Origin: Gallionellaceae bacterium
GTDB lineage: Bacteria > Pseudomonadota > Gammaproteobacteria > Burkholderiales > Gallionellaceae
Direction: 5' to 3'
Assembly (NCBI GenBank): GCA_021731185.1
Contig: JAKFXW010000034.1
Location: 1-33,444 of the forward strand
DNA: 33,444 bases
Positions 1 through 7,950 of the stretch are shown here, piece after piece; positions within the stretch are counted from its first letter, which is position 1, and every line of letters begins with the position of its first letter. The translations under genes and the position numbers were made by a program. The notes below the pieces were generated by a model. That model was not told where the DNA came from. It ran no database searches and saw only the letters and a program-made list of their open reading frames with translations.

Positions 1-809
1 GCACAGATTGCATCAGGCAGCGTCAATCCTTCGTCCAATTTGCTGGCTGCCAATTTGTTGGCTGCCAGTAAATTGGACGAAGGATTGCTGGTATTTTGCT
101 GCGATGCTTCAGTTTCTGAATGGAGAGGCCGATAGCGCACCTCTACCGGATAGCTGCGCCCGGTTACTTGAATAATTGGCGGCGGTGTGTGCTCATTTGC
201 AAAGTGCTGCGCGAAACGCTCGGCATCCAACGTGGCCGAGGTGATAATTAATTTAAGATCGGCGCGACACAGCAATAATTGCTTAAAATAGCCCAGTAAA
301 AAATCGATGTTTAGCGAACGTTCATGCGCCTCGTCAATGATAATTGTGTCATATTTTTTTAGCAGTGGATCACTTTGAATTTCCGCCAGTAAAATACCAT
401 CGGTCATTAATTTGATACAGGTTTCAGCAGACACGCGATCAGTAAAGCGCACCTTATATCCGACCACGCCCCCTAGCTCAGTTTTCAATTCCCGTGCAAT
501 GCGTGCCGCGACCAAACGCGCTGCCACCCGACGGGGCTGGGTATGCGCGATCATGCCTTGCACGCCGCGCCCCAACTCCAGACAAATTTTTGGAAGCTGC
601 GTAGTTTTTCCCGATCCGGTCTCGCCGCACACAATCACAATTTGATGTTGAATAATCGCTTTTATTAACTCTTCGCGCCGCAGCACAACAGGCAAATCAG
701 CTGGATATTCCAGCGGCAGGAGCGATGCTATGCGCGTGGCTCGCCGTGCCTGCGACGCTGCGTGTGGCTTGGGGGCGGAGAGAGGAAGGGAGTGGATGGG
801 TGCGATCAT
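1..809 (-). CDS. hrpA: ATP-dependent RNA helicase HrpA (DEAH box), N-terminal part; runs off the window's left edge
   Basis: Not in the ORF track. Manual translation from ATG at 809 gives [14 protein letters not shown]...[17 protein letters not shown] (Walker A), [46 protein letters not shown] (DEAH) and IITSAT, with no stop before the window edge. Confidence 0.95.
   Translation of the reverse strand, partial: MIAPIHSLPLSAPKPHAASQARRATRIASLLPLEYPADLPVVLRREELIKAIIQHQIVIVCGETGSGKTTQLPKICLELGRGVQGMIAHTQPRRVAARLVAARIARELKTELGGVVGYKVRFTDRVSAETCIKLMTDGILLAEIQSDPLLKKYDTIIIDEAHERSLNIDFLLGYFKQLLLCRADLKLIITSATLDAERFAQHFANEHTPPPIIQVTGRSYPVEVRYRPLHSETEASQQNTSNPSSNLLAANKLAASKLDEGLTLPDAIC
24..87. repeat. 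30-bp inverted repeat (28/30) with a 4-nt loop inside the hrpA CDS; its centre holds a 15-bp tandem duplication
   Basis: 24-53 CAATCCTTCGTCCAATTTGCTGGCTGCCAA versus the reverse complement of 58-87 CAATCCTTCGTCCAATTTACTGGCAGCCAA. Tandem units at 37-51 and 52-66. Confidence 0.9.
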
Positions 810-1156
810 TCGATGCAATTTTACCTGCTAAATTAAAAAACCGGATTGAGATTTTACAGGTAGTTATTTTTGACCAATCCTAATCGTTGTGCTGAGAAAT
901 ATAAAGGAGCCGCTTGCTAAGTATTATGTGAAAACATCCTGCTCACTTGCAGTCATAATTGAAATTTATCTTGTTTCGTAGCGCGATGTAGGTTGCAGTC
1001 TAAGTGTTCTGTCCTGCGCGCGCATACTCCAACAAAAAACTCACCAATCTGGCGCGGAAATTTGGCGCAGAATGTTAAAAGGCAAGGTTTTTATGACAAT
1101 GCCATGAGCACGTTATATGAGTTATATTACGTCACGGATTGTTAAAGGTATCGAAA

Positions 1157-2980
1157 ATGTCCCCCATCACGCCACAAAAAAATTCACTCAGCAAGCCTGA
1201 AAATAAGTCAAAAAACCAACCTGTGTCAGACCGCAAACTGACATTGGCAGAGGTTGTGACGCTGCTTGTGGCGGATGGGATGGTTGCAGCAGCAGAGGCT
1301 GACAAGTTAATTGCCGCGCGCCGCAACATTCGCGCGGAGCAGCACCCGCTGGTGATTATCGGCGAACAAAAATGGCGTAATCTGATTGGCAATAACAAGA
1401 CTTTGCTGCTGGAACCACTGACCGAGTGGCTGGCTGGCAAGGTGGGCTTGCCGTATTTCCATATTGATCCGTTAAAAGTTGATTTCAGCATGGTCGCTAC
1501 TGTTATGTCCAACGAGTATGCCAAGCGCTTCAAAATTTTGCCCGTGTCCGTGAGCAGCAATGAGATATGGATCGCCACCAGCGAGCCTTATCAAATGCGC
1601 TGGGCGATTGATCTAGCGCAAATGCTCAGACGTGAGATAAAACTGGTGCTGGCAAATCCGCTGGACATCAATCGTTACCTGACAGAATTTTACAATCTGG
1701 CAAAATCGGTTAGTCGTGCGGTTGAAACCAAAAGTGGTGATATTTCAAAAATCGGTAATTTTGAGCAACTGGTCGAGCTGGGCAAGAGTGGTAAATTGGA
1801 TGCCAATGAATCACACATCGTCAGCATTTTTGATTGGCTATTGCAGTATGCTTTTGAACAGGGAGCCAGCGATATTCATCTGGAGCCGCGTCGCGAAATG
1901 GGCGTGGTGCGTTTTCGTATCGATGGCATGTTACATCAGGTCTATCAGATTCCGGCGGCGATTATGATTGCCATCACCAGCCGCATAAAATTATTGGGGC
2001 GCATGGATGTAATCGAAAAACGCCGTCCGCAAGATGGCCGCATTAAAACAAAAATGACGGATCGCGGTGAAGTGGAATTGCGGTTGTCTACCATGCCCAC
2101 GGCGTTCGGCGAAAAAGTGGTGATGCGAATTTTTGAGCCAGATATACTGGTTAAAGATTTTGTTGAACTCGGCTTTCCTGAAGAAGACGCGACGCGCTGG
2201 CTGGAGATGATAACGAAGCCCAACGGTATTATTTTGGTGACTGGACCGACCGGTTCGGGCAAAACCACCACACTGTATTCCACGCTCAAAATGTTGGCCA
2301 AACCAGAAGTCAACGTTTGCACCATCGAAGATCCGATAGAAATGATCGAACCAGCGTTTAATCAAATGCAGGTGCAAACCAACATCGGCCTGGATTTTGC
2401 CACGGGCGTGCGTACGCTTATGCGACAGGATCCCGATATCATTATGATTGGCGAAATCCGCGATCTTGAAACAGCAGAAATGGCGATTCAATCCGCGCTC
2501 ACTGGGCATCTGGTGCTATCCACTTTGCACACCAACGATGCGCCCTCTGCGGTGACACGCTTGCTGGATTTGGGCGTGGCTCCGTATTTAATTCAATCAA
2601 CCTTGCTCGGCGTATTAGCGCAAAGATTAATACGCACACTGTGTCCGCATTGCAAAGAGCCGGGGGAAATTGATGATGTCACATGGAACACGCTGGTTGC
2701 GCCGTGGAAAGCACCCAAGCCCAAAGTTGTGCAGCACGCGGTGGGGTGTTTGGAATGCCATCTCACGGGTTATCGCGGGCGAGTCGGCATTTATGAAATG
2801 CTGACCATGACTCCCACGCTTAGAAAAATCATCACCACCGATTATAATCTCGACGCGATGCGTGAGCAGGCACAACGTGATGGCATGAAAGCACTACGCA
2901 TAAGCGGCGCAATGAAAATTGCGGCGGGCATCACCACCCCTGAAGAAATTTTTAAAATAGCACCGCCAGTCAATTGCTAG
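1157..2980 (+). CDS. GspE/PulE/PilB-family secretion/pilus ATPase
   Basis: ASDIHLEP, RFRIDG, RRPQDGR, Walker A GPTGSGKTT, TIEDPIE, MRQDPDIIMIGEIRD, TGHLVLSTLHTND and tetracysteine CPHC...CLEC. ATG 1157 after AAAGG is preferred over TTG 1139. Confidence 0.92.
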   Translation: MSPITPQKNSLSKPENKSKNQPVSDRKLTLAEVVTLLVADGMVAAAEADKLIAARRNIRAEQHPLVIIGEQKWRNLIGNNKTLLLEPLTEWLAGKVGLPYFHIDPLKVDFSMVATVMSNEYAKRFKILPVSVSSNEIWIATSEPYQMRWAIDLAQMLRREIKLVLANPLDINRYLTEFYNLAKSVSRAVETKSGDISKIGNFEQLVELGKSGKLDANESHIVSIFDWLLQYAFEQGASDIHLEPRREMGVVRFRIDGMLHQVYQIPAAIMIAITSRIKLLGRMDVIEKRRPQDGRIKTKMTDRGEVELRLSTMPTAFGEKVVMRIFEPDILVKDFVELGFPEEDATRWLEMITKPNGIILVTGPTGSGKTTTLYSTLKMLAKPEVNVCTIEDPIEMIEPAFNQMQVQTNIGLDFATGVRTLMRQDPDIIMIGEIRDLETAEMAIQSALTGHLVLSTLHTNDAPSAVTRLLDLGVAPYLIQSTLLGVLAQRLIRTLCPHCKEPGEIDDVTWNTLVAPWKAPKPKVVQHAVGCLECHLTGYRGRVGIYEMLTMTPTLRKIITTDYNLDAMREQAQRDGMKALRISGAMKIAAGITTPEEIFKIAPPVNC

Positions 2981-3229
2981 CAACTTATTATAATCGCCAG
3001 CAAGTTTATTTTTCATTCCCCCGTAGAACACTCGACATACAAATTTCCATCTGCCCACCGTGCTGTTTAAGTACCACCACAACAAGCCAGGAAAAAGCGG
3101 GGTCATGGTGTTTTATAAAAGTGCGGCTCTAACCTGCATTGACTCAAGCAGTGAGTGAGATTTTAGTGTAACCTTTTTAACTATAAATTTTAAGCTGCAC
3201 CAATACCCACTACTAAACAGAGGCATGCC

Positions 3230-3868
3230 ATGAGTCCCTTTAATAACAAAATTACTCGTACCATACGACAATTTATATTAATGTTGCCAGTTGGTTTTTT
3301 TCTGGTGTTTGAGGTGGGGGTATATGCCTCTGCCCTTGTCGACATTTCTCCCGTCAGTTCAAAATTTGCCCGCGTCTCCGCTTCAAATTCCGACCTCGGT
3401 AGCTGCGTGCAGGATAATGTCACTGGCTTGATGTGGGAAGTCAAAACCGCTGATGGCGGCTTGCGTGACTGGAATAAAAGATATAGTAATTTTGATAATG
3501 CAGCAGTAGAGCAATTTTGGACTGAATCGGGTTGGATTAATCCCACACAAGCTCAGATTGATGCGCCATCAAATAGTGTGGGTTTCAAGAACAGCGTCAA
3601 TGCGCAAGGGTTGTGTGGCTTTAGTGACTGGCGTTTGCCCACAATGGATGAACTACGAAGCATCTTGGATACCAGCAAAACTTCCGGTTCCTCCCCTACT
3701 ATTGATGCACACTGGTTTCCGAATACGCAGGTCGCAGCCTACTGGTCTGCCTCGCCCAACACAGACAATTCCTCCAGCGCCTGGTATGTTTATTTCGGTA
3801 AGGGCGGTGCCTTTAAAACCATACGCCCCTATACCTATTATGTGCGGTTAGTGCGTACTAGCCATTAA
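3230..3868 (+). CDS. DUF1566 (Lcl C-terminal-like, C-type lectin fold) exported protein
   Basis: CVQDNVTGLMWE, LCGFSDWRLPTMDEL, YWSAS, AWYVYF and VRLVR motifs, with a hydrophobic N-terminal segment and GAGG before the ATG. Confidence 0.85.
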   Translation: MSPFNNKITRTIRQFILMLPVGFFLVFEVGVYASALVDISPVSSKFARVSASNSDLGSCVQDNVTGLMWEVKTADGGLRDWNKRYSNFDNAAVEQFWTESGWINPTQAQIDAPSNSVGFKNSVNAQGLCGFSDWRLPTMDELRSILDTSKTSGSSPTIDAHWFPNTQVAAYWSASPNTDNSSSAWYVYFGKGGAFKTIRPYTYYVRLVRTSH

Positions 3869-3963
3869 GTAGTTTTTAGATATTACGTGTTACTAAAGAA
3901 GTAGGGTTGCTACTCATCTGGAGAGAAAGTAACAATAGCCAAGCAACGTCAAACATGACGAAG

Positions 3964-4037
3964 CACCCGCAAGGAGTACGCCGTGGTTGTACCAAAGGCA
4001 GGCAATCCACTACGCAGCAAGCTGCGTGTGGAATTGA
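3964..4037 (+). repeat. Dispersed intergenic repeat followed by a hairpin (REP-like)
   Basis: 3964-3991 CACCCGCAAGGAGTACGCCGTGGTTGTA matches the reverse complement of 18457-18484 at 25/28. It is followed by the hairpin CAATCCACTACGCAGC-AA-GCTGCGTGTGGAATTG. Confidence 0.7.
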
Positions 4038-4066
4038 CACTAATGGGCTAATAACAAAGTCAGGCA

Positions 4067-4100
4067 ATTTGCGACTCAATAAATTGAGTGCAAAGTTGAC
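4067..4100. terminator. Hairpin between the convergent DUF1566 and cusF genes; possible terminator
   Basis: TTGCGACTCAAT-AA-ATTGAGTGCAA stem-loop with no clear U-tract. Confidence 0.3.
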
Positions 4101-4226
4101 ACAGCCCCAACAACACACGCTGCCGCATTTAAACTCAGTAGGCACGCATGGTAGTTGATCAGGGATTGAGATCGTCCAGGTCGTCAAAGACATGAAGAGT
4201 GGCCACACGGCAGTAGGTGTCCAAAA

Positions 4227-4598
4227 TTACTGAACCACTACAATTACGCTTTTGTTGCCTTGCTGCATAAACTCAACCATCACTTTATTGCCAACGATTA
4301 GCTTGCTAAACATGGCAGGGTTTTCTACCCAAAACTCCATGGTCATTGCAGGCCAATTTAAGCTGGCGATTGCTTCGTGTGCCAATAGAACGGTTCCTTT
4401 TTTAACATCCACGGCTTTCACGATTGCGGTGGTTTGATGATTCATTTTTTTCTGATCGGCACCTTTCATGCCCTTCATACCCTCCATGCCCTCCATGCCT
4501 TTCATACCCTCCATGCCTTTCATGTCTGCGGGTTGCGCGATAGCAGCGTTTGTTGCAAATAGGCTAGCAATTAAAATTAAGGTGATATGTAATTTCAT
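4227..4598 (-). CDS. cusF: CusF-family periplasmic Cu(I)/Ag(I) chaperone with a Met-rich N-terminal extension
   Basis: Signal peptide, the HEAIASLNWPAMTMEF (H-W-MxM) metal site, AAGGA RBS, and position at the end of the cus cluster. Confidence 0.88.
   Translation of the reverse strand: MKLHITLILIASLFATNAAIAQPADMKGMEGMKGMEGMEGMKGMKGADQKKMNHQTTAIVKAVDVKKGTVLLAHEAIASLNWPAMTMEFWVENPAMFSKLIVGNKVMVEFMQQGNKSVIVVVQ
4461..4523 (-). repeat. 7 x 9-bp tandem repeat encoding (M-K/E-G)7 in cusF
   Basis: Seven consecutive RCCYTYCAT units on the + strand. Confidence 0.9.
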
Positions 4599-4655
4599 GA
4601 TGATTCCTTTCGTTGATTAAACACAGTGGTAAATAATGTTTTACTTTTTTGTTAC

Positions 4656-4724
4656 TCAGATTACTTCGAATTCGATAAGAAAATGCACGAACACCGAATA
4701 CTAGATTGGAATAATTTCTATCAT
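4656..4724 (-). pseudogene. Decayed 5' remnant of a DUF2231-like membrane protein gene
   Basis: The ATG overlaps the cusA stop (ATGA) after an AGGAGA RBS. It reads MIEIIPI*YSVFVHFLIEFEVI*, resembling the MIEIIPNWHPxFVHF start I recall for DUF2231 proteins in copper clusters, with TAG at the Trp position. Confidence 0.55.
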
Positions 4725-7700
4725 TGTCCCTTCTCCTGTTTAAGATTTATTTTGTTGAAAAACTCGCGGTTTTTAACTAGTGCGTAAATTGCTGGGATTA
4801 CAATTAAGGTTAATATCGTGGATGAAATCATCCCGCCCACCATGGGTGCGGCGATGCGGCGCATAACTTCCGAGCCTGTGCCGCTGCTCCACATGATGGG
4901 TAGCAGGCCTGCCATAATCGCCACCACAGTCATCATTTTTGGGCGCACGCGCTCTACCGCGCCTTCCATCACGGCCTGGTATAAATCTGCTGGCGTGGGT
5001 TGCTGGCCGGAGCTTGCGCGTTGCTCGCACAATTTTTTCCATGCATGATCCAGATAAATCAGCATCACCACGCCTGTCTCGGCCGCCACGCCTGCCAGCG
5101 CAATGAAGCCGACTGCCACAGCGACGCTCATATTGTAATTCAGCAGCCACATCAGCCACACGCCACCGATCAGCGCAAACGGCACGGATAACATGACAAT
5201 CAATGTTTCTGTGATACGTCGGAAATTCAAATACAGCAGCAGGAAAATAATCAGCAGTGTTAACGGAATGACCATTTTTAATTTTGCAATGGCGCGTTCC
5301 ATGTATTCGAATTGCCCGCTCCACGTAACGTAATATCCGGGCGGAAATTTCACTTGTTCACGCACCGCTTGCTGCGCGTCGCGCACGTAGCTGCCGATGT
5401 CGCGCTCGCGAATATCAACATAGATATATGCCGCCAGTAGCGCATTTTCTGTGCGTATGGAAGGTGCTCCTTGCGTGATTTCAATTTTCACCAATTGCCC
5501 TAACGGGATCATTTCACCATTAGCAATCGGCACCAATACTTGGCTGGCGATCATGTGCGGGCTGTCACGCAACTCACGCGGATAGCGCACTGTCACCGCA
5601 AATCTTTCCAGCCCTTCCACGGTAGTGGTCACCACTTCGCCGCCGAGCGCGGTGGCAATCACTTGCTGCATTTCATCTATCGACACCCCGTAGCGCGCAA
5701 GCTGTAAGCGATCTGGCGCAATGTTCAAGTAATAACCACCAGTCACGCGCTCGGCATAGGCGCTGCTAGTGCCAGGAACTTGCTTGACCACGGCTTCTAC
5801 CTGCTTCGCGATTTCTTCTATGCCCGCTAAATTTTTACCGAAAACTTTAATACCTATCGGCGTGCGTATGCCAGTGGACAGCATATCAATGCGCGCTTTG
5901 ATCGGCATTGTCCAAGCATTCGACACACCGGGAAATTGTAAAGCCTGATCGAGTTCGGCAATCAGCTTGTCGGTGTTCATGCCTGCGCGCCATTCCGATT
6001 CTGGCTTGAGGTTAATTATCGTTTCAAACATTTCCAGCGGTGCCGGGTCGGTCGCCGTTTGGGCGCGACCAGCCTTGCCCATGACGGATGCTACTTCGGG
6101 AAAGCTCTTGATAATTTTGTCTTGCGTCTGCATCAGTTCGGCAGCTTTAGTCACTGACATGCCGGGTAATGAAGAAGGCATGTACAACAGTGTGCCCTCA
6201 TTTAAGGTCGGCATGAATTCGCTACCGAGTTTTACCGCCGGATAAATCGTCAGCACCATAATGCACAGCGCGAGTGCCAGCGTCGTTTTTTTCCACAGCA
6301 TGACCTGTTGAATAATTGGGCGATAGGATGAAATGAGAAATCGATTCACCGGATTTTTATTTTCTGGGATAATTTTTCCACGTATAAAAAGCAGCATCAG
6401 CACCGGCACCAGTGTCACTGAAAGCAATGCTGCGCCAGCCATGGAAAATGTTTTGGTAAAGGCTAAGGGCGAGAACAGCCGCCCTTCCTGCGCTTCTAAA
6501 GTAAAGACGGGCAGGAAAGAAACGGTAATGATAAGCAGCGAGAAAAATAAAGCAGGGCCAACTTCTTTGCAGGCGGCGAGTATGGCATTGACTCTGGCTT
6601 GGTCGGGCATTTCAAAGCTTGCTCCCTCACTTCCCATCTCCTCACCAGCCCCTCTTTTATCAGGGGAGGAATTTGGCTTTGCAGATGAGTGATCCAATCG
6701 TTCCAAATGTTTATGCGCGTTTTCTATCATCACAATAGCCGCATCCACCATTGCGCCTATAGCAATAGCAATCCCGCCTAGACTCATGATGTTGGAATTC
6801 ATACCCAGTGCATACATCAATATAAATGCGATCAATACGCCCACTGGCAACATCACAATTGCCACCAATGCGCTGCGTACATGCAACAAAAATACCATGC
6901 ACACCAACGCCACGATAATCGCCTCTTCTATTAGCGTTTTGTTCAAGGTTGCGATTGCGCGATGAATTAAATCCGAGCGATCATAAACCGCACGAATTTC
7001 AACACCACTCGGCAAGCCGCTGCTGATCTCATTTATTTTTGTTTTGACGTTTTCAATCACCGCCAACGCATTTTCTCCATAGCGCGCAATGGCAATTCCC
7101 GACACCGCCTCGCCTTCGCCATTTAATTCGGTCAAGCCGCGTCGCTCATCCGGCCCTAACTCGATGTGCGCCACATCGCGCAACAACACTGGCACGCCGC
7201 GATCACTTTTGAGCACCAGCATTTTCAGATCATCCACGCCGCGCAAATATCCCATGCCGCGCACCATGTATTCTGTTTCAGCCATCTCCACCACGCGCCC
7301 GCCAACATCGCGATTGCTGTCGCGAATAATCTGGCTGACTTGCGCCAACGGAATGCCATATGCCTGTAATTTACGCGGATCAACCACCACCTGATATTGT
7401 TTGACAAAGCCACCGATGCTGGCGACTTCTGCCACGCCATGCGCCTTGGTGAGCTGATAGCGCACGAACCAATCTTGAATAGCACGCAATTCAGCCAGCG
7501 TGTGCTGCGCGCTGATCACAACATATTGATAAACCCAGCCCACGCCCGTGGCATCGGGTCCTAGCGCGGGCGTTACGCCTGCCGGAAATCGTTGTGCGGC
7601 AGAATTTAAATATTCCAGCACACGCGAACGCGCCCAATAAATATCCGTGCCATCCTCAAAAATCACATACACAAAACTCACGCCAAAATTAGAAAAACCG

Positions 7701-7948
7701 CGCACCACTTTGGATTTGGGCACCGCCAACATAGCCGTGGTGAGTGGATAGGTGATTTGATCTTCGACCACTTGCGGGGCTTGGCCGGGGTATTCGGTAT
7801 AAATTATGACCTGCACATCAGATAAATCTGGAATGGCATCCAGCGGCGTTTTCACCAGCGCATACAGCCCCGCCCCGATGACAAACACGGTTCCCAGCAA
7901 CACCAAAAAAATGTTGCGTGCCGACCATTCAATAATCTTGGCTAACAT
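4721..7948 (-). CDS. cusA: CusA-family heavy-metal (Cu/Ag) RND efflux permease
   Basis: LDAIPDLSDVQVI, DIYWARSRVLEYL, GPDATGVGWVYQY, IGAMVDAAIVMIEN, EFMPTLNEG, TDPAPLEMFET and WTMPIKARIDM (the Cu-binding Met positions); 1075 aa. Confidence 0.95.
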   Translation of the reverse strand: MLAKIIEWSARNIFLVLLGTVFVIGAGLYALVKTPLDAIPDLSDVQVIIYTEYPGQAPQVVEDQITYPLTTAMLAVPKSKVVRGFSNFGVSFVYVIFEDGTDIYWARSRVLEYLNSAAQRFPAGVTPALGPDATGVGWVYQYVVISAQHTLAELRAIQDWFVRYQLTKAHGVAEVASIGGFVKQYQVVVDPRKLQAYGIPLAQVSQIIRDSNRDVGGRVVEMAETEYMVRGMGYLRGVDDLKMLVLKSDRGVPVLLRDVAHIELGPDERRGLTELNGEGEAVSGIAIARYGENALAVIENVKTKINEISSGLPSGVEIRAVYDRSDLIHRAIATLNKTLIEEAIIVALVCMVFLLHVRSALVAIVMLPVGVLIAFILMYALGMNSNIMSLGGIAIAIGAMVDAAIVMIENAHKHLERLDHSSAKPNSSPDKRGAGEEMGSEGASFEMPDQARVNAILAACKEVGPALFFSLLIITVSFLPVFTLEAQEGRLFSPLAFTKTFSMAGAALLSVTLVPVLMLLFIRGKIIPENKNPVNRFLISSYRPIIQQVMLWKKTTLALALCIMVLTIYPAVKLGSEFMPTLNEGTLLYMPSSLPGMSVTKAAELMQTQDKIIKSFPEVASVMGKAGRAQTATDPAPLEMFETIINLKPESEWRAGMNTDKLIAELDQALQFPGVSNAWTMPIKARIDMLSTGIRTPIGIKVFGKNLAGIEEIAKQVEAVVKQVPGTSSAYAERVTGGYYLNIAPDRLQLARYGVSIDEMQQVIATALGGEVVTTTVEGLERFAVTVRYPRELRDSPHMIASQVLVPIANGEMIPLGQLVKIEITQGAPSIRTENALLAAYIYVDIRERDIGSYVRDAQQAVREQVKFPPGYYVTWSGQFEYMERAIAKLKMVIPLTLLIIFLLLYLNFRRITETLIVMLSVPFALIGGVWLMWLLNYNMSVAVAVGFIALAGVAAETGVVMLIYLDHAWKKLCEQRASSGQQPTPADLYQAVMEGAVERVRPKMMTVVAIMAGLLPIMWSSGTGSEVMRRIAAPMVGGMISSTILTLIVIPAIYALVKNREFFNKINLKQEKGQ
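6633..6673 (-). repeat. Degenerate GC-rich palindrome in frame in the cusA cytoplasmic loop (NSSPDKRGAGEEMG)
   Basis: The minus strand reads ATTCCTCCCCTGATAAAAGAGGGGCTGGTGAGGAGATGGG, with a CCCCT/AGGGG stem and a CCTC/GAGG outer stem. The loop is longer than in typical CusA. Confidence 0.45.
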
Positions 7949-7950
7949 AT

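Noticed and set aside
1050-1078. TGGCGC-containing 13-bp direct repeat as a sigma54 promoter for the ATPase
   Set aside because: There is no TTGC at the required -12 spacing in either copy.
3856-3866. TACTAGCCATT at the end of the DUF1566 gene matches the end of palindrome A (18643-18653)
   Set aside because: The match is only 11 bp and the rest of the element is absent, so it cannot be distinguished from chance.
3876-4208. ORFs 3876-4208 (-) and 3907-4158 (+)
   Set aside because: They run through repeat and hairpin DNA and lack protein-family features.
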